A stretch of DNA of 64,000 nucleotides from Patescibacteria group bacterium (GCA_028865725.1 JAGWJP010000004.1:5567-69566), one strand, 5' to 3'; shown: positions 1 to 10,153, numbered from the stretch's first letter. The notes: generated from the letters alone by a model not told the origin. Numbers and translations are program-made.

Positions 1-34
1 ACAAGTGTGCTACAATAGTCGAAAGATATGTGCC

Positions 35-679
35 ATGAACATTTCACATCTTGCAGAACGAAAACTGCGTGCCAAGCATATTAACGCGGTGTTGAAACGC
101 CTTTTTCCTCATGCAAAAATGATGCTCCATTATTCCAATAATTGGGAACTCCTTGTTGCGGTCATGTTGTCTGCCCAGTGTACTGACAAAAAAGTGAATG
201 AAGTAACCGCAACGTTATTTAAAAAATATAAAAGACTGGATGATTATGTGCATGCAAATACCAAAGAATTTGAGCGCGATATTCATTCCACCGGATTTTA
301 TCATGCAAAGGCGCGTCATATTCTCGCAAGTGCGAAGATACTATACGAAACGTTTAAAGGAAAGGTCCCGCGTACTATGGATGAGCTGACATCACTTCCT
401 GGTGTGGCGCGAAAAACTGCAAATATTGTACTTGGAAATGCATTTGGCATTGTGGAGGGAATTGCGGTTGATACGCATGTAAAACGCCTCGCTCGCGTTT
501 TGGGGCTTACTGACGAACACGATCCGAACAAGATCGAACGGGATCTTATGCAATTGTTTCCCAAAAAAGATTGGTTTGCACTTACCTACCGACTTATTGA
601 ATATGGCCGGCATTATTGCCCCGCCAAACCACATCATCATGCAGAGTGTCCGCTTACGAAGATCGTGTCATCATTATGA
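35..679 (+). CDS. nth: Endonuclease III (HhH-GPD DNA glycosylase); start may lie at GTG 5 or upstream of the window
   Basis: HhH-GPD hallmark LPGVARKTANIVLG with D in ..AVDTHV.; C-terminal Cys/His cluster region; in-frame ATG at 35. Confidence 0.8.
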   Translation: MNISHLAERKLRAKHINAVLKRLFPHAKMMLHYSNNWELLVAVMLSAQCTDKKVNEVTATLFKKYKRLDDYVHANTKEFERDIHSTGFYHAKARHILASAKILYETFKGKVPRTMDELTSLPGVARKTANIVLGNAFGIVEGIAVDTHVKRLARVLGLTDEHDPNKIERDLMQLFPKKDWFALTYRLIEYGRHYCPAKPHHHAECPLTKIVSSL

Positions 680-897
680 AGATTTATGTTTCTGTGCATA
701 CAAACGCTTCGCACGAAGGAGTGACAAAGATTGACACTCTGCACTACAAGGTTTCTACGCACGCGACCCCGGAAAAAGGAAAAGCAAACCGTAATGTGCG
801 GGAGCTTCTCGGGACCTATTTTCATGTGTCCCCCTCGTGTGTGCATGTCGTGGCGGGAGAATGTGCACACAAGAAGATAATCGAAATTATTAGTTAA
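676..897 (+). CDS. DUF167 (YggU-like) family small protein
   Basis: MKIYVSVHTNASHEGV...STHATPEKGKANRNVRELL...VHVVAGECAHKKIIEI matches DUF167 pattern; ATGA overlap with nth stop. Confidence 0.55.
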   Translation: MKIYVSVHTNASHEGVTKIDTLHYKVSTHATPEKGKANRNVRELLGTYFHVSPSCVHVVAGECAHKKIIEIIS

Positions 898-949
898 TCT
901 TTTCATTGGTTAGAGATATAATGAAACAATAATGAAGAGATAACCATAT

Positions 950-1279
950 ATGTCCATTTCTTATGAAGAGTTCAAAAAGGTGGAACTTCGTGTAGCAAAA
1001 ATAGTGGAGGCCGCACGGATAGAGGGTTCAGAAAAATTATTAAAGCTCAAGGTAGATATAGGAACAAAGGGCATGGAGCGCCAAATTGTTGCCGGAATTG
1101 GCAAGCGTTATGACCCCGAAGTTTTATTGGGAAAGGAGATTATTATCGTCGCGAACTTAGAACCAAGAATACTTATGGGGTTTGAGAGTCAAGGGATGCT
1201 GCTTGCTGCCAATGGTATCGAAGGCCCCGTGATTTTAGGAGTGCAAGAAGAAGTTTCTCCGGGAAGTACGATTCAATAA
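950..1279 (+). CDS. tRNA-binding domain protein (CsaA/EMAP-like OB fold)
   Basis: FKKVELRVAKIVEAARIEGSEKLLKLKVDIG...IVAGI typical of MetG C-terminal/CsaA tRNA-binding domain. Confidence 0.6.
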   Translation: MSISYEEFKKVELRVAKIVEAARIEGSEKLLKLKVDIGTKGMERQIVAGIGKRYDPEVLLGKEIIIVANLEPRILMGFESQGMLLAANGIEGPVILGVQEEVSPGSTIQ

Positions 1280-2184
1280 TGGAGCGGGGCTTCGAGAAAA
1301 CAAATATGCAGCGAATTTCGCATTACATAGTTATTCAATCAGGTATCGTTATCGGAATAGGTCTTGCCATACTTCCTATGTATGTGTATGCGTTTACTAT
1401 TGATCATGTTTCCTCTCGGCCCACGAATAGTTTTACGGTACTTCCCGCACATCTCAGTGTAAACCTCTCATCAACCGATGTGGCATCTACGTCTATTTTT
1501 CTGGTGAATCAAAGCAATAAGACGATTGATTTTTCTGTGAGTGTGCGTGATACATCCGGGCTTGCGCATTCGGCACGCAATTGGATTATACCAGAGATAA
1601 CATCATTTTCTCTGGATCCAGGGCAACGCATTCGATTTGGGATTATGGTGCAGCCCCCCGCCTCGCTTCTTGATGGTGATTATTATGCGTCACTTCTGAT
1701 TGCGGGAACTACGCGTGATGAAACTGCATTGCATTTGATCAGCAGCTTAGAGGTGCCCGTGTTTATCGCCGCCAATAAAGGAGGCACGCTCATCACGAAA
1801 GGGGAGATTACGCGTTTTTATGTGGCACCAGTGCTTTTTTCTTCTCCCATTCATTTTGAGTGGTCCTATCGCAACAAAGGAAATTCCTATGTAAGAACAG
1901 GAGGGGTGATTGTAGTACACGATGTACTGCGCGGTGCGGAGGAGGACATTCCTATCAATATGTTTTATGTTCTTTCGGGAGACACCAAAAATATTGTGAC
2001 GTCCTATGCGCCACGCGTTTCATTCGGTATTTTTACTGCCACGCTTGCGTTATTTGATGAGAAGCCTCACTCAATTATATTTGTGCTCGTTCCGTGGCAA
2101 GAAACAGGTATTGTTCTTGTGTTTATAGTGTTGTGGTGGGTCGGGAATGGGATGCGAAAGAAATCGCATATGAGCGTGAAATAA
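1279..2184 (+). CDS. Membrane-anchored hypothetical protein (N-terminal signal/TM plus C-terminal TM); first gene of surface-protein cluster
   Basis: Hydrophobic segment near N-term (IVIQSGIVIGIGLAILPMYVYAF) and near C-term (IIFVLVPWQETGIVLVFIVLWWV); ATGA coupling to upstream gene; resembles DUF916/DUF3324-type layout (inference). Confidence 0.45.
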   Translation: MERGFEKTNMQRISHYIVIQSGIVIGIGLAILPMYVYAFTIDHVSSRPTNSFTVLPAHLSVNLSSTDVASTSIFLVNQSNKTIDFSVSVRDTSGLAHSARNWIIPEITSFSLDPGQRIRFGIMVQPPASLLDGDYYASLLIAGTTRDETALHLISSLEVPVFIAANKGGTLITKGEITRFYVAPVLFSSPIHFEWSYRNKGNSYVRTGGVIVVHDVLRGAEEDIPINMFYVLSGDTKNIVTSYAPRVSFGIFTATLALFDEKPHSIIFVLVPWQETGIVLVFIVLWWVGNGMRKKSHMSVK

Positions 2185-2227
2185 TGCACATATACATATA
2201 TGCGAGAACCCTATATAATAAAAACAT

Positions 2228-2965
2228 ATGAAGCGCGCATCAACGATCATTAGTATTTTCGCTTATCTTCTTCTCGTTTCTTATGCGGGAGCGGATACGA
2301 TGTCTTCCGCGAACTATAAGATTGTACAGGATTCATTGAATTATGGAGGAAGTGTGAGTTCTTCCACAAACTATAGTCTTAATGATACGGCAGGAGATGT
2401 GGCCCCGGGATCTATCAGTAGCACTAATTATACGATAGGGGGTGGGTACTTGCCCATGAATGAGACGACGCTTTCTATCTCTCTTTTAAGCCCTACATCT
2501 CTTTCATCGCTGCAAGATCAGACATCGGGCTCTTCCACAGATACTTCCCCGGTGACTGTTACCACCGACGACCCCGCAGGATACGCCCTGACGGTGAGTG
2601 CTGCCACATCGCCTCTTCTTGAAAAGGGAAGCGATAGTATTGCTGATTATGCGGAAACGGCGAGTGGAACACCGGAATTTTGGAGTGTAGCCACAGGGGA
2701 CGCCGCGTTTGGTTTTTCTGTGAGCGGGTCTAATGTACCCGGGCTGTTTAAGGATAATGGCAGCGCGTGCGGATCAGGATCTGCAAATGGATTATGTTTT
2801 ATGGGATTCAAAGGAACTAATCCTATTACGATAGGAAGTATGAGCACACGTACATCCACGAGCGGTGACACCACTACGCTTCACTATCAAATGGAAACAA
2901 AAGGAGCAACGATTTCTCCGGGAACTTACGGCGGCACTCTCACGCTTACCGCAACTGCGAATTAA
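2228..2965 (+). CDS. Secreted Ser/Thr-rich protein with three S-x-NY-x-[IL] N-terminal repeats
   Basis: Signal peptide MKRASTIISIFAYLLLVSYAGA; repeats SANYKIV / STNYSLN / STNYTIG; C-terminal GTYGGTLTLTATAN reminiscent of WxL-domain tail (weak). Confidence 0.5.
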   Translation: MKRASTIISIFAYLLLVSYAGADTMSSANYKIVQDSLNYGGSVSSSTNYSLNDTAGDVAPGSISSTNYTIGGGYLPMNETTLSISLLSPTSLSSLQDQTSGSSTDTSPVTVTTDDPAGYALTVSAATSPLLEKGSDSIADYAETASGTPEFWSVATGDAAFGFSVSGSNVPGLFKDNGSACGSGSANGLCFMGFKGTNPITIGSMSTRTSTSGDTTTLHYQMETKGATISPGTYGGTLTLTATAN

Positions 2966-2973
2966 GGGCTATT

Positions 2974-4878
2974 ATGCAAATCAAAAAATATCTTATTACA
3001 GCAGGAAGTAGCGTGGTAATAATAGCGGTATCAGTACAGGCTTCTTTTGTGTGGGGAGCGGGAGGGAGTCCGCCTGTCACGGCGACGACAAGTAATACGA
3101 TTTCAATCACTATTAATGCCGCTTCGGGGGGCTCTACATCGTTGTCTGCGGGGACAACGAGCAACGCAAGTACTCTTCCGGTATCCTCTGCAACGTCCAC
3201 CGCATCATCTTCGTTGCCGTATATTCAACCTGTATCTTCAAGTACGCCCCCTTCAGTTCTCTCTGTCTTAATACAGAATATTACGGATTATTCGGCGGAA
3301 ATAGTAGTAAAGAGCAATGAGAATGTATCGGTAAAAGCAAGCTACAACCCTCTTGGTTTTTTCCAATCAGAATCCATATATGATACTGCAACGAGCACGG
3401 ATCATATCCTCACATTAAATGGATTGGATCCAGAAACGCAATATGTTTTTCAGCTTGTATTAACAAATGAAAATGGATTACAAACATTAGACAAAGCAAG
3501 AGATTTTCGTACTCTTTCTGATATTACCCCCCCCGTTATTACCCATCTGCATGTGTTCGATATCACGGATAGAACTGTACGTTTTGATTTTGATACCAAT
3601 AAGCCTGCGAATGTAACGATTTTATATGGATCTACACCGCGACTCGAGCTTGGAAACTTATTAGTGGGGGGGTTTGATGTAACTCACTCGCTCTTTTTGT
3701 CGGATTTAAAGCCAAGCACCCCATATTATTTACAGGTTGTGGTAGCGGATCATTTTGGAAATAGCGCAAAAAGTACGCAAGTGAATTTTACGACGCTTGC
3801 CGATACATTTCCGCCAAGCAACGTCTATAATGCTCTAGTGAATGTGATGAGCACTAGCACGTTGATTCAATGGCAAAATCCTCCAGAAAACGATTACGCG
3901 CAAACCATTGTAGTACGATCTCCTGTGACATATCCGAAGACACCAAAAGATGGCGTCGTTATATTTGAGGGAACTTCTACTTCATTTGTCGATTCTGTAG
4001 CGACGGAGACTACGAAACATTATTTTTACACCGTCTTTACAAAAGACTCGACAGGAAATGTAGCATCTGGTGCGCTGGCACAACCGCCAGGGACCCCTGG
4101 ATTTTTGGTGACTAAAAATAGTACTATCATTGATACTGGACTCACCGCCCGTGTAGTGCGGGGGAGCATGGATTTGCAAAGCGGACCCCTTTCTGTAGTG
4201 GCGACAAGTCAGGAGGGTTTTCATGCACTTTCCAATACGCCGCTTACGCTCAGCGTCCCCGCGTCGCGCGTCGTGAAAGCTGTACAGTCCGCGTATCTTA
4301 CCGTCGATCGAAATACTTATTTTCTTGCATTGAATCCCATAACCCATGCCTATGAAGGCCTTACCATCACTCCTGTACAGGAAGGGCACTATCCATTTAC
4401 TATCACTTTTCGTTATCGTGACAATACTATTGAACAAATTCCTGGTATTCTTGTGGTGGATCCTACGGGAACCGTTTATGAGATACAAGATAATAAACAC
4501 ATTCCCGTTCCCAACGCGCGTATTGCGTTGTATATGTTGAATTCCGGAACACGGCAATACGATTTGTGGCCCGCAGGTTCTTATCACCAAGTTAACCCGG
4601 AAATGAGCGGGAACGATGGATCCTATGCGTTTTTTGTGCCCGCGGGAACTTATTATATTGAAGTAGCAAAGGAGGGATATTTATCCTATGCGTCAAAACC
4701 TTTTACGGTGGGAAATGAAGCGATACATCTTGATATTCAATTGATGCGTCCAAATAGTATTTCATCATGGATGCGGGGAATCATGCAGCGATTTGCTTCT
4801 TCGAGCCATAAAACTATTATTGAAGCGACAGGTCTTATTACGCTTGTGATTGTGTCGCTTTTGATTCTTTTACTGTAA
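2974..4878 (+). CDS. Large cell-surface protein: signal peptide, S/T-rich linker, three Fn3-like repeats, CarbopepD_reg-like domain, C-terminal TM anchor
   Basis: Three homologous ~90-aa units (ITDYSAEIVV..., VFDITDRTVRFDF..., LVNVMSTSTLIQWQNP...) with Fn3-like conservation; YGSYAFFVPAGTYYIEVAKEGYL (carboxypeptidase regulatory-like); terminal hydrophobic LITLVIVSLLILLL. Confidence 0.6.
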   Translation: MQIKKYLITAGSSVVIIAVSVQASFVWGAGGSPPVTATTSNTISITINAASGGSTSLSAGTTSNASTLPVSSATSTASSSLPYIQPVSSSTPPSVLSVLIQNITDYSAEIVVKSNENVSVKASYNPLGFFQSESIYDTATSTDHILTLNGLDPETQYVFQLVLTNENGLQTLDKARDFRTLSDITPPVITHLHVFDITDRTVRFDFDTNKPANVTILYGSTPRLELGNLLVGGFDVTHSLFLSDLKPSTPYYLQVVVADHFGNSAKSTQVNFTTLADTFPPSNVYNALVNVMSTSTLIQWQNPPENDYAQTIVVRSPVTYPKTPKDGVVIFEGTSTSFVDSVATETTKHYFYTVFTKDSTGNVASGALAQPPGTPGFLVTKNSTIIDTGLTARVVRGSMDLQSGPLSVVATSQEGFHALSNTPLTLSVPASRVVKAVQSAYLTVDRNTYFLALNPITHAYEGLTITPVQEGHYPFTITFRYRDNTIEQIPGILVVDPTGTVYEIQDNKHIPVPNARIALYMLNSGTRQYDLWPAGSYHQVNPEMSGNDGSYAFFVPAGTYYIEVAKEGYLSYASKPFTVGNEAIHLDIQLMRPNSISSWMRGIMQRFASSSHKTIIEATGLITLVIVSLLILLL

Positions 4879-5522
4879 TGAACATACACCTTCGTTCTAT
4901 ATCGAAATATAGTATTGGATTTTTTATAATTGGAATCGTTGCATGTTCTTTGGTATTTGCAGAAGACATGGTTGCTCCGCAGCTTTCCAGAGTTACGATT
5001 ACGGGGAGTATTGCGATAAAACTATATTCAGATGGCGCATTTATTACGTGGGAGAGCAATAGACCCGAACGATACATTCTTTCTTATGGGGATACTCTCG
5101 CGTATGGACAAACAGAGACTTCGCCCTTACTTGTGACACGCCATGAGGCTATTTTGCGCAATCTCCACAGTGCGACGGTTTATCATTTTCGCATTACGCT
5201 TGAAGACGGATACAATCAAGGCATAAGCAGGGATTACAGTTTTACTACGCTTGCACAAGGTGTAGCGTTGCTTCCTCCAATCGGGCTGGAACGTTTTCTT
5301 CTGTATGGGAACAGAGGTGAGGATGTTTTGCGTTTGCAGCAATTTTTAACGAGGGAAAATTTATATACAGGTCCAATCACTGGATTTTACAATCAAGATA
5401 CAAAGATTGCGGTAGAACAATTTCAATGCAGAGAACGCATAGTGTGCGGAAATAGCTTCTATGGTTATGGGGAAGTGTTGCGAAATACTTTTCACGCTAT
5501 CAATGCACTCCTCGGGGCGTGA
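4878..5522 (+). CDS. Secreted Fn3-like plus peptidoglycan-binding (PG_binding_1-like) domain protein
   Basis: N-terminal TM/signal; C-terminal GNRGEDVLRLQQFLTRENLYTGPITGFYNQDTKIAVEQFQ matches PG_binding_1 consensus; ATG overlaps upstream stop (TAATG). Confidence 0.55.
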   Translation: MNIHLRSISKYSIGFFIIGIVACSLVFAEDMVAPQLSRVTITGSIAIKLYSDGAFITWESNRPERYILSYGDTLAYGQTETSPLLVTRHEAILRNLHSATVYHFRITLEDGYNQGISRDYSFTTLAQGVALLPPIGLERFLLYGNRGEDVLRLQQFLTRENLYTGPITGFYNQDTKIAVEQFQCRERIVCGNSFYGYGEVLRNTFHAINALLGA

Positions 5523-5549
5523 TAAGGCAGGGAAGACAAAAATATGAAT

Positions 5550-5576
5550 TTAGCACTCTTGACAATAGAGTGCTAA
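5550..5576 (+). promoter_or_regulatory. CIRCE operator (HrcA binding site) upstream of hrcA-grpE-dnaK-dnaJ
   Basis: Perfect TTAGCACTC-N9-GAGTGCTAA; spacer contains TTGACA (candidate -35) and TAACAT 16 nt downstream. Confidence 0.85.
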
Positions 5577-5649
5577 TTGTTAACATGGATACATATGATA
5601 TTTCTATTGGAGTACCCGTCGTATAACTGGGTTTCCCTAGACGATTGTA

Positions 5650-6384
5650 ATGCATATGATTAGCGAACGTCAGTCTCATATCTTAAAGTTTGCGTTGGAT
5701 GAATATTTGCGTCATAACAACGCAACAACTTCTCAGCTTCTTTTTGAAGAAGGTAATTTGGCATTGAGTTCAGCAACATTACGGTACGAGCTTGCACGAC
5801 TTGATACGATGGGATATTTGTTTCAGTCCCACACTTCGGGAGGGCGATATCCTACCAACAAGGCGCTCCAGTGGTTTTTAGATGAGTTCGTATTTGATGC
5901 TCTGAATCCTGATTATTATCGTGTAGCACTTGAGCGTGAATTTATGGCTGCGCATGTAGATCAACGCCTTTTTTACCATTTTGCCAATTTTGCAGCAGCA
6001 ATGTGTGATGCATTTTGTGGTGTATATGTAGATGAGGTAGGATATCAGGCGGGGCTTAGTGATTTGTTTTCTCGTCTCGAGGTAGATTCTTCAGCTGCTG
6101 CACAAGACATTATACGCGATTTGGAAGGCATCGACACACGGCTTCGGCGTTGCGCAAAACGTATATTTGACGGTGTGACAACTCAGATCTTTATAGGAGA
6201 GGAAAGTCCGATTACAGAGCATGAAGACCTGGCGGTGCTTGTTATGAATATTCACGGAAGGAACCTATCGAATCGAAAAAAAGGATTTGAGGGAGTAGCT
6301 GTCTTGGTTGGTTCAAAGCGGATGCCTTATAAACGCAACATATCATTTTTAGAAGCGTCGAAACATTTTTTTAATTCATTATAA
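5650..6384 (+). CDS. hrcA: Heat-inducible transcription repressor HrcA
   Basis: N-terminal winged-helix ERQSHILKFALDEY...SSATLRYELARLDTMGYL...HTSGGRYPT; gene order hrcA-grpE-dnaK-dnaJ; CIRCE upstream. Confidence 0.85.
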   Translation: MHMISERQSHILKFALDEYLRHNNATTSQLLFEEGNLALSSATLRYELARLDTMGYLFQSHTSGGRYPTNKALQWFLDEFVFDALNPDYYRVALEREFMAAHVDQRLFYHFANFAAAMCDAFCGVYVDEVGYQAGLSDLFSRLEVDSSAAAQDIIRDLEGIDTRLRRCAKRIFDGVTTQIFIGEESPITEHEDLAVLVMNIHGRNLSNRKKGFEGVAVLVGSKRMPYKRNISFLEASKHFFNSL

Positions 6385-6386
6385 TT

Positions 6387-6860
6387 ATGGCAGAGGAACA
6401 TCATAATGAGGAACAAGGGGGTGAAGAGTCTATCGAGCAATTAAAACAAGAACGTGCAGAATATTTGGCAGGATGGCAACGCGCCCGGGCAGATTATGCT
6501 AATTTTCAGAAAGGTGAGGCGGCGCGATTCGCTGAAGTACAGAGGTTCGGCAATGAACGTTTCGTACTCGATCTTCTTACTGTGTTAGATAGTTTTGATG
6601 CCGCACAACAGCTGCTTCAGGATGAGGCGCTTGTGCAGGAGCTCGCGCGCGTGGAAGAGCAGATGAAGAATATTTTAAAACAGCACGGCGTGAGCGAGAT
6701 TGTTGTCGTGCCGTACAAAGAGGCGCAACCTCTTGAGTATGAGGCAATTGAAGCGATACCTTCTGAAGAAGCAAGCGGTACTATCGTGGAAGTGGTTCAG
6801 AAAGGATATGCACTTAATGGAAAAATAATTCGCCCCGCTAAAGTAAAAGTAGCACAATAA
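6387..6860 (+). CDS. grpE: Nucleotide exchange factor GrpE
   Basis: YLAGWQRARADYANFQK...VLDSFD...ALNGKIIRPAKV; position between hrcA and dnaK. Confidence 0.9.
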   Translation: MAEEHHNEEQGGEESIEQLKQERAEYLAGWQRARADYANFQKGEAARFAEVQRFGNERFVLDLLTVLDSFDAAQQLLQDEALVQELARVEEQMKNILKQHGVSEIVVVPYKEAQPLEYEAIEAIPSEEASGTIVEVVQKGYALNGKIIRPAKVKVAQ

Positions 6861-6952
6861 GGCAATAACCTATTGGGGTGGGAACAATATTTTTTTATCC
6901 TAATCGAGTCAAAAATAAAATATAATAACAAACCAATTCATTAATTAAATAT

Positions 6953-8830
6953 ATGTCAAAAATATTAGGAATAGATTTGGGAACGACGAATTCCGCGATT
7001 GCGGTGATTGAGGGAGGCGCACCTAAGATTTTAGAAAATGCAGAAGGTAATCGCACCACTCCTTCCGTGGTAGCGCTTTCAAAATCCGGCGAGCGCGTGA
7101 TGGGTTTGCTTGCAAAACGTCAAGCAGTGACCAATCCGAAAAATACTATTTTTTCCGTCAAACGTCTTATCGGAAGGAAATTTAGTGATCCTGAAGTGAC
7201 TCGCGATAAGACATGGCTTCCTTATGAACTTCGCGCGGCTTCCAATGGAGGAATAGAAATCAAGATGGGTGATGCGTGGTATCGCCCTGAGGAAATTTCT
7301 GCGATGGTACTCCAGAAGCTTAAGGCAGATGCTGAAGCAAAGATCGGAGAACCGATTGAAGAGGCTATTATCACTGTACCGGCATATTTTGACGACAGCG
7401 AACGTCAAGCGACAAAAAACGCGGGGGAAATCGCGGGGTTGAAGGTAAAACGCATTTTGAACGAACCGACAGCAGCGGCACTGGCCTATGGATTAAATAC
7501 AAAGAAAGACGAAAAGATTGTGGTCTATGATTTTGGAGGGGGTACCTTTGATATTTCCGTTCTTGAGATTGGAGATGATGTGATCGAAGTAAAGCGCACG
7601 GGTGGCGATGTGCATCTCGGAGGTGATGATTTTGATAAAATCATCATTGAGTATCTCGTAGGAGAATTCAAAAAACGAGAAGGAATCGATCTTTCTAAAG
7701 ATAGCCTTGCTCTTCAGCGCCTTAAGGAGGCAGCGGAACGCGTCAAACACGAATTATCTACGAGCATGGAATCCGATGTGAATCTTCCTTTTATCACTTC
7801 TGATGCATCGGGACCAAAGCATTTTGAAATGAAAGTGACGCGTGCTACGCTTGAGGGATTAGTACAAGCATTGATCGATCGTTCCGTCGAGCTTACAAAA
7901 AAAACTGTTGAAGAGGCGGGGTATGCATTGTCGGACATCAATGAGATTATTCTCGTAGGTGGGCAGACGCGCATGCCGGCGATACAAGAAGCGGTCAAGA
8001 AGTTGTTTGGCAAAGAACCGCACCAGGGGATTAATCCTGACGAGGTGGTGGCAATAGGCGCCGCAATTCAGGCGGGTATTTTGCAGGGTGATGTGAAAGA
8101 CGTGTTGTTGCTTGATGTGACACCGTTGTCACTTGGTATCGAAACGATGGGGGGAGTGATGACTAAAGTAATCGAAAAGAATACTACTATTCCCACAAGT
8201 CGTTCACAAGTATTTTCAACCGCAAGCGATAACCAACCATCGGTAGAAATTCATGTGTTGCAAGGAGAGCGAGAAATGGCAGGTGACAATCGTACGCTTG
8301 GTAAATTTATGCTCGACGGCATACCTCCCGCACCGCGTGGTATTCCTCAGGTTGAGGTAACATTTGATATCGATGCAAATGGTATTTTGAACGTATCGGC
8401 AAAGGACAAGGCGACACAAAAGACGCAATCGGTGCGTATCGAAGCATCTACGGGACTATCTGATTCCGAAATTGAACGCATGAAAAACGACGCCGCAATG
8501 CATGCCGATGAAGATAAAAAGAAAAAAGAGCTTGTTGAGGCGCGCAACCATGCAGAGAGTACTGTGTATCTGGCAGAGAAAACACTCAGAGAACAGGGGG
8601 AGAAGGTTACTGAAGAGGACAAGAAGGCCATCGATGAAGCGGTAGAGTTCGTGAAAAAGACAAAAGAGACGGATAATGGAGATGAGATTAAAAAAGCAAC
8701 GGATACCTTGATGCAGGCGCTCTCCCGCGTAGGAGAAAAAATGTATAAAGAAAGTGAACAAAAAAAAGAAAACAGTGAACCTACTGCAGACAGTGCGTCT
8801 GAACCAGACAAACAAGAAGATACTAAATAA
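6953..8830 (+). CDS. dnaK: Molecular chaperone DnaK (Hsp70)
   Basis: [36 protein letters not shown] and full-length Hsp70 architecture. Confidence 0.97.
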   Translation: MSKILGIDLGTTNSAIAVIEGGAPKILENAEGNRTTPSVVALSKSGERVMGLLAKRQAVTNPKNTIFSVKRLIGRKFSDPEVTRDKTWLPYELRAASNGGIEIKMGDAWYRPEEISAMVLQKLKADAEAKIGEPIEEAIITVPAYFDDSERQATKNAGEIAGLKVKRILNEPTAAALAYGLNTKKDEKIVVYDFGGGTFDISVLEIGDDVIEVKRTGGDVHLGGDDFDKIIIEYLVGEFKKREGIDLSKDSLALQRLKEAAERVKHELSTSMESDVNLPFITSDASGPKHFEMKVTRATLEGLVQALIDRSVELTKKTVEEAGYALSDINEIILVGGQTRMPAIQEAVKKLFGKEPHQGINPDEVVAIGAAIQAGILQGDVKDVLLLDVTPLSLGIETMGGVMTKVIEKNTTIPTSRSQVFSTASDNQPSVEIHVLQGEREMAGDNRTLGKFMLDGIPPAPRGIPQVEVTFDIDANGILNVSAKDKATQKTQSVRIEASTGLSDSEIERMKNDAAMHADEDKKKKELVEARNHAESTVYLAEKTLREQGEKVTEEDKKAIDEAVEFVKKTKETDNGDEIKKATDTLMQALSRVGEKMYKESEQKKENSEPTADSASEPDKQEDTK

Positions 8831-9068
8831 GTAGTATCGTTATGAATCAAAACGATACGGATTGCAGAGACGAAGATGGAATCACAGTGGGGCTTGTCGA
8901 TGCGTTTATTAGCATTGCGCGAATTCTTGCAACGAGACCTTGGGAGCAATCAAGCTGTGCGTGAAGCATTAAAAGATTTCGCCGTGAATGAAGATATTGC
9001 GTTTATAATCGCGAAAAGTAAAGAGGTTTAAGTCCGAGGATAGAAAATTATTGTTAATTATTTAATTA

Positions 9069-10148
9069 ATGAAAGATTATTATTCTTTGCTGGGAGTACA
9101 AAAGAATGCCTCTGAAGAGGAAATTAAAAAAGCATACCGAAAACTGGCACGCGAATACCATCCTGATCGCGCAGGAGGGAATGAACAAAAGTTTAAGGAA
9201 GTTACCGAGGCGTATCAGGTGCTTTCGAATAAAACAAAACGAGACCAATATGATCGTTTCGGAAGGACATTTGAGTCTGGAGGACAATCCGGCGGTTTTA
9301 ACGGGTTTGATTTCCAACAAGGAGGCAGTTTTTCGTTCGAAGGATTTGATGCGTCAGGACTAGGGGATATTTTTGGTGATCTCTTTGGCACCATGAGGGG
9401 GACGGAAGGAAGACATTCGAGGGGCAGAGGAGACGATGTGCTGCAAGAGGTGGAATTGACCCTGGAGGAAGTATTTCACGGGGTGACAAAATCATTCACC
9501 TTTCAAGATTTTGTAGCCTGTGGAGTGTGCGGGGGCACCGGTGCAAAAACAGAAAGAAAGAGGACGTGCGATCGTTGTAAGGGAAAGGGTGAGATACGTG
9601 AGATGAAAAAAAGTTTTTTCGGCACATTTGCTCATGTTGTTATGTGTCCCGAATGTGAAGGGGTAGGATCCGTTCCTGAAGAAAAATGCACCGTCTGCAA
9701 AGGCGCAGGGCGTATAAAAAAACAGAAAAGTATTTCCGTAGAAGTAACGGCAGGAGTTGAGGAGGGACAGCTTGTTAAGGTGGTGGGGGGAGGGTCAGCA
9801 GGTGAACACGGTGCTTCTTCGGGCGACCTCTATCTTCGTATTCACGTGAAGTCTCACGCCACATTTGTGCGCCACGGTGCTGATCTCGTGACTAAAATTA
9901 ATGTAAACGTCGCAGAGGCGCTGTTGGGAAAGGAGGTGCGCATAAAAAATATTGATGAGGAAGATGTGCGTATCACAGTAAAACCATTTCATGATATTCC
10001 ACAAATCATTACCTTGAATGGTAAGGGGCTCCCTTACCTTAATTCCCGACGCCGTGGTAATCTTATAGGAGAGGTTTATATTACGTTTCCGGGCTCGTTG
10101 AACAAGGAAATCCGAGAGTTTTTGGAGCAACATAAACAGCAGTTATAA
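9069..10148 (+). CDS. dnaJ: Co-chaperone DnaJ
   Basis: J-domain with HPD (YRKLAREYHPDR), G/F-rich region, four CxxCxGxG zinc-finger repeats. Confidence 0.93.
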   Translation: MKDYYSLLGVQKNASEEEIKKAYRKLAREYHPDRAGGNEQKFKEVTEAYQVLSNKTKRDQYDRFGRTFESGGQSGGFNGFDFQQGGSFSFEGFDASGLGDIFGDLFGTMRGTEGRHSRGRGDDVLQEVELTLEEVFHGVTKSFTFQDFVACGVCGGTGAKTERKRTCDRCKGKGEIREMKKSFFGTFAHVVMCPECEGVGSVPEEKCTVCKGAGRIKKQKSISVEVTAGVEEGQLVKVVGGGSAGEHGASSGDLYLRIHVKSHATFVRHGADLVTKINVNVAEALLGKEVRIKNIDEEDVRITVKPFHDIPQIITLNGKGLPYLNSRRRGNLIGEVYITFPGSLNKEIREFLEQHKQQL

Positions 10149-10153
10149 GTGTC

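Noticed and set aside
3047-3271. Small + strand ORF inside the large surface-protein gene and other nested ORFs (2647-2874 -, 2946-3200 -, 3982-4590 -)
   Set aside because: Nested within much longer, domain-supported coding frames; typical shadow ORFs
8347-8949. 200-aa and 119-aa minus-strand ORFs across dnaK 3' end
   Set aside because: Antisense to dnaK; low-complexity S/F-rich translations
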